A stretch of DNA of 64,000 nucleotides from positions 67,642,001-67,706,000 of the forward strand of contig NC_043008.1 in assembly GCF_006345805.1 (NCBI RefSeq), written 5' to 3'. The notes beneath the pieces were generated by a model, which worked only from the letters and a program-made list of their open reading frames with translations, was not told where the DNA came from and did no database searches. Position 1 is the stretch's first letter, and each line of letters opens with the position of its first letter. Position numbers and translations under genes: made by a program. This document shows positions 55,443 through 64,000 of the stretch, in pieces. Source of the stretch: Octopus sinensis (Eukaryota).

Positions 55443-56625
55443 ACAATTTGTTTGTTTATATATTCCCGATATATTCTTACTGAGATACTGTTTGTATTAT
55501 CGTAGTTCACATGATTAAAGTGGAATCAAGACGTGTTTTCCATCTCTGTACATTTGTAGTTGTGTTTATTAATACAGTTTATTAATAGTAAAACATACAA
55601 AGATGTATATATATATACATATATATATATATATAAACAACGGAAAATTAATGCAGAAGAAATTTTATACAATCACAGGTATTCGAAATTGCAGTGAATT
55701 TTTCAAAGTGTTTTTTTCCCACTGCATACTATGTGTGCAATCCAGTTCACGATTATACAAATTGACGAATTCTTCTGATGTCCCCATTGATCCTGCTATT
55801 TCTAGCGTAATAAATAGAGAATGAACTACCTTTGAGTTTGTTTAAAAGAAAGAGATTAAGACCGATAAAATGATGAAAGAAATATTTAAAGAACAAGTGA
55901 AGAATAAAAGATATAAAAGGAAAGTAGACGTAACAGAAAAATTACACAGATTGGTAATTAGATAATTAGCTGTGTAAGTATTATTTAGCGAGTACCAGGA
56001 AAACCGCCCGGAGGCCGGCTTTTCTGCTAGTGTATATGACGTAAATGTATATTTTATATATGTACGTATGCACATGTTTGTTTGCATTTATGGAAGTAAG
56101 TTTAATCTTCCTGTGGCCTATCAAGCTGCACTTCATACAAATTAGGTTACCGTGACATTTCTCTGTATCTATATTTGTGACGTTTTATTAAAACAACCTG
56201 GTGTTCATTGTAAGGCCTCAGTCCTACGGGCACATCTAACCGACCTGCTTGTCATATTGCATGGAAAAATTAAACTATATATAGTACTTATCGTCTGATA
56301 TTCTGCAGTATATATATATATATATTATATATATATATATATATATTGGAGGTCAATTTTTTGTTTTTGCTTGTCTGACAGATATCCTGTATGAATATGT
56401 ACATGTACGTATGTATGAATATATATATGCATGAATGTATGTATCCATGTGTCGAAGTATGTATGTATGTGTATGTATGTATGTATGTATTATGCATGTA
56501 TGTACGTACGTATGTATGCTAGTATGTATGTATTGCAGTCTATCTCTCTCTCTCTCCTCTCGCTATCTCTGTCACAATTATATGTATATAATATCATATA
56601 ATATAATATAATATAATATATTATA

Positions 56626-56683
<58 letters not shown>

Positions 56684-57219
56684 CAATCATACATACATAC
56701 ATACATACATACATACATACATACATACATACATAACATACATACATACATATACATATATTATCGTCGTCAGCGCGGCATTAACTCGTATCCAAGTAAT
56801 AGATCTGTAGCGCGTGATTGATCCTATTCATTCTGATGAGTGTGAAAAGTGCCGCCGCTGCAGGTGACTGTTCAGGTCAAGGGCGATGTAAGAAATGGGG
56901 GAATTTATCGCAGGGGAGATGTGAGTCACTCTTTACGTCTTCGACGCCTGATCTCTGCCTCTTTTATTTTCCATCTGGTCTGCGTTCAGTAGTTGGGACC
57001 TCGGTACCGGAGTTCCTAAGTTTTGAAGAGTGTAAAACCACCTCTTAGCTCCTATTGTTCCTATACCTACTTTGACCTAGAGTAGTAGCATTTGTTACGG
57101 TCACAGTTATGGGTTAACTAGAATATGTTCTTTCGGGTAGATAGAGCCTGTTAGCCAGGAAGGCAGTCTTTCTAGTATATATATATATGTATATGTGTGT
57201 GTATGTGTGTGTGTATATG

Positions 57220-57251
<32 letters not shown>

Positions 57252-57271
57252 ATATATATAGATGTATATAA

Positions 57272-57514
57272 AAGTAATGTTCGTAGCCACTTCAACATGG
57301 CTGTCCGTTTGAACGGATTTCCTAACTCCGGAGGATATCTCCTCTTGCTGATTAACGATGCACAGTTGTATCCAAGATATTGCGAGCAGGGGAGCAACAT
57401 CTCAAATGCAACTGTGCATCGTTAACCAACGGGGGGAGATTGTTGGGTGTTAAAAAATCGCAGTAAAGTTCGTTCGAATGGACAGCCATGCTGAAGTGAC
57501 TACGAACATTACTT
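57272..57514. repeat. Nested long inverted repeat (hairpin of about 240 nt)
   Basis: Outer 44-bp arms with 4 differences; inner 20-bp arms with 1 difference. Confidence 0.9.
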
Positions 57515-57693
57515 GTTAGTACAACTGCAGCGTTGATCTCTTAGAGAGATTTTAGAACTAGCATTTTTACTTATATATACACACACATACATATATACAT
57601 AAATGCCTTACTATAAGTATGAAACCTCAGAAACTACCAAACGAAACTACTCTCACATGTAAAGTTATTGCTCACGGCAAGTGGTATATTTAT

Positions 57694-58952
57694 TTAGGCT
57701 GAGTAAAAAGTAAGCAACGTTTTGAAACATGAAATTCATCACAATATATTTAAAGAATGCGGAAATTTTATTCATTAAAGTAAGTACTATTGCAGTCAAC
57801 ATATTTTAGCCAACAACTTATGAGTTTGTTTATTCCTGTAACATAAAAATATGGAGTTCTGGAGCTGAACTCATTGAGCGCACTTTCAGCAGCGGTTTGA
57901 TTTTTTAACTTCTCCTCTTGCAAAAAACCATCAAGGTACTTGAAAAAGTGGTAGTCGATAGGAGAGCGGTCTTAATAAGCTGGGTGGGGAAGATCATCGT
58001 AGCCAAGTTCCCTCCACTTCTGGAGCGTAATTAGTGAAGCGTGTAGTCGAGCATTGTCAATGAGAATGATTGGCCCTCTTCTGTTGACCAGTGCGGAACA
58101 GACGAGTAGCAGTTTTTCGTTCATTTTGACAATTTCATAGCAATATGCTTCTGCAGTAATAGTTTTTAGTGGATGAGTCCAGTAGCACACCACCAAACAG
58201 TCAGCATAACTTTTTTTTGAAGAGCTAGGGTTTAGGGAAGGTTTTCGGTGCTTCATTTTGGTTCAACCACTGCGAATAACGTTTTTTGTTATTGTACAGA
58301 ATCCACTTTTCATCGCAAGTTACAATGACGGTCGAGAAATGGATCGGTCTGGTTACGGAGAATTAGTGACGAGCAAATTTCATACCTGCACATTTTCTAA
58401 TTTTCATTCAAATCGTCTGGTACCCATTCGTAGAGCTTTTTTGATTTTCCGATCGCATGCAAATAGTTGCAGGCAGTTTTCTGGCTACCTTGAAGTCCTT
58501 TTGCCAGTTCTCAAGTGGTTTTACGTGGATCTTTCTCAACGACGGCCTTTAATTGACCGTCATCGATGACAGATGGGAATCCACTATACTCACGATTTTC
58601 AAGGTCAGGTCTCCAATGCGAAATCGTTTAAATCATTTTCGAGCTGACCATTCACTGGTCATTTCCTCACCAAACGTTTCGTTTATATCGCGAGTAGTTT
58701 CAGCTGTTTTACGCCCTTTTTCGAAGTTGAAAAGCAAAATTGCTCGAATATTGCGCTTTGACAGTTCCATTTCAGATGATTGTAACAACGGCGAAAAAAA
58801 TATCTATGTTAATTTATTGATGCATTTTGGCCTGTCTATATCTGTACTATCATACAACAGCAAAAATATGTTTTAAAAAATTCAAAACTCTACTTAAATC
58901 CGGTGTAAATTCTTCATGGTTCAAAACGTTGCTTACTCTTTACTCAACCTAA
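57694..58952 (-). mobile_element. Second near-full-length mariner (DD34D), defective
   Basis: TIRs ttagg(c/t)tgagtaaa(a/g)agtaagcaacgttttgaa; ATG at 58770 MELSKRNIRAILLFNF..., DNARLH, HPAY*DRSPIDYHFF; multiple lesions. Confidence 0.93.
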
Positions 58953-59212
58953 CACAAAACTCCTTCCTGCATGAAAAATAGGCAACAATAAAATAACTCG
59001 GAGTAGAAGTAGGGCTTCTCCTTTTAGAACCTACGTCAATGGTTAACAACAGAGACAACGAAAGTGCAAAAACACATACAGAGAGCACCACTACTTCAGA
59101 TACCTAATCATATAAACACGTTTCTGCAAAACAATTGCAGCGTGGAAGGTGTTTGTAAGCAATTTAAGAAACACACAAAAGCCGTACGATTCACTTCAAC
59201 ATTTAAGTTTAA

Positions 59213-59263
59213 TTTGTCAAAATATTTTCGTCGCTATAAGACCGCGACCTGTTCACTGACAAA
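59213..59263 (-). ncRNA. Hammerhead-like motif with G3:C8-swapped core (GUGAACA)
   Basis: Minus strand reads tttgtca-GTGAACA-g-gtcgc(9-nt loop)gcgac-GAAA-ATAT-TT-tgacaaa; 7-bp stem I, 5-bp stem II, palindromic AATATT stem III. Confidence 0.55.
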
Positions 59264-60029
59264 AATCCGTGCTGCATCTCTGCAAAAGTTTTACCAAATT
59301 TCACACATGTTATTTTTTAAATCTAACGTTTTATCAGAAGAAAAATATCTAACGTAGCAGCTCAACTGAATTCAGAATATCACACAATTACAACTGGGTT
59401 GCGTTTATTTGCAGTTTACAACTAGATTGTGTTCATTTGCAATTATATCATTTTAAACGACAATTTGCTACTATGTCATTCAAAACGCCCACTTGTTCAG
59501 CATCTCTTCGGTATTTCTGCTTTCGTTTTGCCCATGCACAAGACAATCTTATTTAACTCCTCGTTTTTCCTTCTATATACAGACTTTCTGCAGACTTTAA
59601 CTTGATATTTTGCTAGTGTTCCTCTTCCAGTAACTACTGTACAGTCTACGTTGAAGCTGCGATAGATTTATTCAAGGTTTTTGCAGAACAACCTTGTCAG
59701 CTTTCTACGTTTGTAATATGCCAAGAGTTTAGTTAGTCAGATGATACCATAGATTCTTGTTACACATTATGTAGAAGATAGTTTAAAGTTTCACATTTCA
59801 TCTCCTGAAACTTCTTTTCCAAACTTGCATCCCCACCACCACGACTACAACCCTCTTAACACCAACACCAGAACAGCGACAACGTAATCACTACAGCTTC
59901 ACCTCGTTGATATAGTTACATCGTCGTTGTAATTGCATTTTACGCACGCGCACACGCACGCCCACACGCACGCACACACACACATGTATATGCGAGTAAG
60001 TATGCATGAATGTATGTATGTGTGTATGT

Positions 60030-60750
60030 TCTGGACGTTTGGCAAGGAGCCAAATCCTGCTGCCACACATATGCCTTTTTATCAGCAACCCTCTCCTGCC
60101 AGGAAATGACCAGGGTCTCCAGCAGTTTCACATAGCCGCCTAAATTGAGCCCGAAGCCCATCTCAAACATGTGGGGATGAAGACCAGCGTGCGAATGCAA
60201 TCTGAACGCCCGCTGTATCCCTTCATACTGACCCCGGCTTCGTAGTCTCAGTTATAGTTGTCCACATCACGTCTTACAGTTTTTACATTGTTCACAGAGC
60301 GTTGCATAGCAGTCCTGATGCCGGCATTTTGATACCTAACGAAGAACATCATGATACAGGTGAGTCTTTTCCTAAATTCAGATGGCTTAAGGCACTGAGC
60401 TGGGAGACTCTTTAGAATGCGGGCAAAATACTTAGTGGCATTTCGTCCATCGGTACGTTCTGCGTTCAAATTCCGCCGGGGTCAACTTTCCCATTGATTC
60501 TTTTGGGGTTGATAAAATAACTACCAGTTCAGCACTTCGGTCAATGTAATCTACTTGCCCTCACCCCAAAATTGATGGTTTTGTGCCAACATTCAGATAG
60601 TTTCCAGTCCTCTATGTCAGTTAACATTTTTTCAACTACAATTTTGATCTTTCTGCTCTTCAACGCCATTGAATGTTCACCAATACATGAAGCTGTTCAT
60701 GAAAAAAAAAAAGGCATAAATGTCGTCAAATTTATCCCGAATACCCTGTA
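60030..60750 (-). mobile_element. Decayed maT-like fragment interrupted by a SINE
   Basis: AYVWQQDLAPCQTSRT; TIR-like tacagggtattcggg at about 60750. Confidence 0.7.
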
Positions 60751-60905
60751 AATTATGATGTGTGTGTGTGTGTGTATGTATGCATATACACACATAAATA
60801 CGCACATACATAAAATACATGCATACATACATACATATATACATACATAAAATACCTGCATACATACATACATACATACATACATAAAATACATACATAC
60901 ATACA

Positions 60906-60939
<34 letters not shown>

Positions 60940-61129
60940 CATGACAAATCAGTAGATGAGTCATTCCGTTACTGCTCATGTTTTTATTATTTCATGTTTT
61001 GGTTGGCGAATTAGAATTCAACAGTAAACTGTATTGCTACTTACATTGTAATCGGAGTGCGTATGTGTAGATGAGACACTCTGACTTTTGTTTTTAAACG
61101 CTTTAACATTTGCTCTGCATATTATATCC

Positions 61130-61225
<96 letters not shown>

Positions 61226-61234
61226 CTATGAATG

Positions 61235-61266
<32 letters not shown>

Positions 61267-61631
61267 AGAGAATGCAAATGGCACATATGCATATGTATAT
61301 GTATGTGTGTGGTGTGAATGTTTGTGCTTGTATTTCTGCCCCATCATCGCTTGGCAAACGGTGTTGGGTTGTTTTCATACCCGTAACTTAGCGTCACGGA
61401 TATGCGATGGAAACTGTTCCAAATATTTTTTGATGTTATCAACAGGTTATCTCCAAACCATTTGGAGCCCTGTATGCTTCATATTATTTACGCTCATTCA
61501 ATATGTTGGATATTATAATCTTAGAAACGCACTTCAACTTCCAGCATAATATATTTGTTTGACTAAAATCTTCCAAGGCAGTACACACACACACACACAC
61601 ACATACATACGTATGTATTTATACACACACG

Positions 61632-61665
<34 letters not shown>

Positions 61666-61846
61666 TGTATATATACATATATACGACGGGCTTCATTCAG
61701 TTTCTGTCTATCAAATCCACTCACAAGGTTTTGGTCGGCCCGAGGCTATAGTAGAAGACACTTACCCAAGGAACCCGGACCATGTGGTTGGTAAACAAGC
61801 TACTTACCACACAGTCATTCCTGCGCCTTATATATATATAATATAT

Positions 61847-61883
<37 letters not shown>

Positions 61884-64000
61884 TATGACAGAAAGCATAA
61901 GGTTGGTTGATCGATAAGGCGGCCAATAACGGACGCAAACAAATAATTCCCTGTCTTTCTGCAACAAAATTTATACAATGCTTTAGTGCAATAAAAAAGA
62001 AAAAGCCGGAAAAGCAGAAAAGTCACAGGTGAGATGAAAAGAAGGTGAGTTGAAAGTGAGATAGAATTACCAATTAATTTCTTAAAAATTAGAAAATATT
62101 ACTTGGCTTCAGCGTCGTAATGAAACGTGACACACATTAAAGTGATATGGTGAAATAACCTGACGTAAGAAGAAAAGGGGATTGAAGGGAACAGAATTAT
62201 ATTTCAAATTTCAAATACGAATAATGCAACATTTTAGTGTTATCCCTAACAGATATAATGCATCGAGTATGGTTATTTCTGCATTAGAACTGCAGTCCCA
62301 GATGATCTATTTGTTAGATTCATATGCACTGATGGATAGAGGTGATAGGTAATATTACATGCTAAGAATTACGCTGACTCAGGTTGTTAGACATTATCTG
62401 ACTCGTAGTGGAGATTCCTCCGAACTTTGTTTAAAAGGATGCAGTTTAAATTTTCTTTCATGCAGACAGACAGAGATCATGTCTGCTATCAGATTAAGAA
62501 TATTGGCTGATAAGGTAATCTTTTTTCTTTCATTTTGTAAAAGAAGTATTATAAATCAACAATAGACTTTGTAGCTTGGAAAGGTTCTTTATTTCCCCTT
62601 CTCCGGTATGTTTCTCTGAATGTATCCATATGTTGTGTGATTCAGTCCTTAAATGAATTTTCTGTCGACTCGATTCGTTTTTCTACACAGTTGTCCATAT
62701 GAATAGTTGTTCTAGAAACATTTCTTATTGAAAGGCCAATAAGCCTTGACTCTACAGTTGCATTCATATGGGGATCGATGTGTGACGTGTCTAGATACTT
62801 TGTTTAAATCTCAGTGTTGGCCAGACAGCAGTAACGAAGCTCAACAGTATTTCAATGAAATGCTTTGCTATATTTATGAGTGGAAGCGAAATAAATTCTT
62901 AAGAGCACAGCCAAACGTCCACCACTACCATTACACATAGATACACTCTTTTGTCTTATCACGGAACTAATAAATCATGGACGCTGAGCATTTACTGTCC
63001 GATATTTGGACATTTGGAACATTGTGACTTGCACTTAATATTTTGCATATGATATCTGCATTTACGTTTCACTAAACATTAGTTTGTGCTGCTACTTTGT
63101 CGAGGTTTATAGTTCCAATTGTAAAGCTTACTGGTACATTAGTGTTTGGTGCTCTGATTATGAATTTAAACTGGTACTGCGTGAATGATATAAAGAACAT
63201 CAACAACAACTACACCACCACCACAATAACAACTACTACAACTACAACAACAGCGGCAATAACTGTAATAAAGACAAACCTTGAACAGCCTTAGGCATGT
63301 TCAAAAGAATTATTTCGTTAAAACCCATAGGTGGTCTTTAAGAGATTAAAAAGATGACTTTTAATCCTCGTAATCTTTTAATCTTTAATGTATTGAAGAG
63401 AAAAACTTGCAAATTTTATACTTACTGCATTGTCATTAGTTTCACTTGTATAAGTATGTCTGTGTTTGTACCTGTGTCTGTGTGTGCATGTACGTACGTA
63501 CACACGTTTGCATACATGCATATATAAAATATGATATATACATACACACACACACACACACACACACACGTCCCATTTTGTCTAAAAGTCGTAAGACACC
63601 TGCTGTTATCCTGTTTTTTAACCGTTACTGTTTTCAATTTTGTTTTCGTTTCTTGTATTTATATTCGTCTCTGTTGCGTTTACATTCTTTCCTTCTACCA
63701 AGAAATCTAATGCCCACAGCTTAGTTTTTTCCTTGGGGCTGGCCGAGTTAGAGCAAATCTCAGAATTAAACAGCCGAAATTTGCCATGATGATTCGGTTT
63801 CTGACTGAAGATTGAAGGCTTCGAATGACTTGTCCGTTTTCTGTGTTCGTCCCTTCGTGTATTTCACGTTCTTTATATATAAATTTTTATTATTCCTATA
63901 TATATATGTACATATATACATATATACATATACATATATATAATACACACACATATGTATATGATATGTGGCCTCTGGCGGCATAGGGAATGTGTTGGTT

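Noticed and set aside
56830-56852. CTGATGAgtgtGAAA
   Set aside because: No room for stem II and no stem I or III
63730-63840. Structured repeat with CTGAAGA and short pairings (ggctg/cagcc, gcaaat/atttgc)
   Set aside because: Could not be fitted to a hammerhead, HDV or twister topology by eye

Overview
AT-rich, microsatellite-dense eukaryotic DNA. The SINE families, (TA)/(CA)/(TAA) arrays and transposon content look like an octopod cephalopod (Octopus-like); that assignment is inference. Most ORFs in the supplied track are microsatellite or SINE artefacts. One spliced gene can be built on the minus strand (ATG 16307 to TGA 2489, 8-9 exons, about 428-433 aa). It encodes a secreted protein with a signal peptide and two divergent, basic VWA domains with a degenerate MIDAS, and it has two candidate 28-nt second exons that may be mutually exclusive. 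The rest is transposon-rich: tRNA-derived SINEs, two near-full-length DD34D mariners, DD37D/maT fragments, hAT MITEs, an RTE-like RT fragment, an R4/Dong-like RLE fragment and Penelope-like remnants. The most unusual signal is a set of minimal type-I hammerhead-ribozyme motifs in Penelope-like repeats: two with canonical cores, one with a swapped G3:C8 core, and three copies of a CUGUNGA variant. A 100-N assembly gap lies at 21132-21231.
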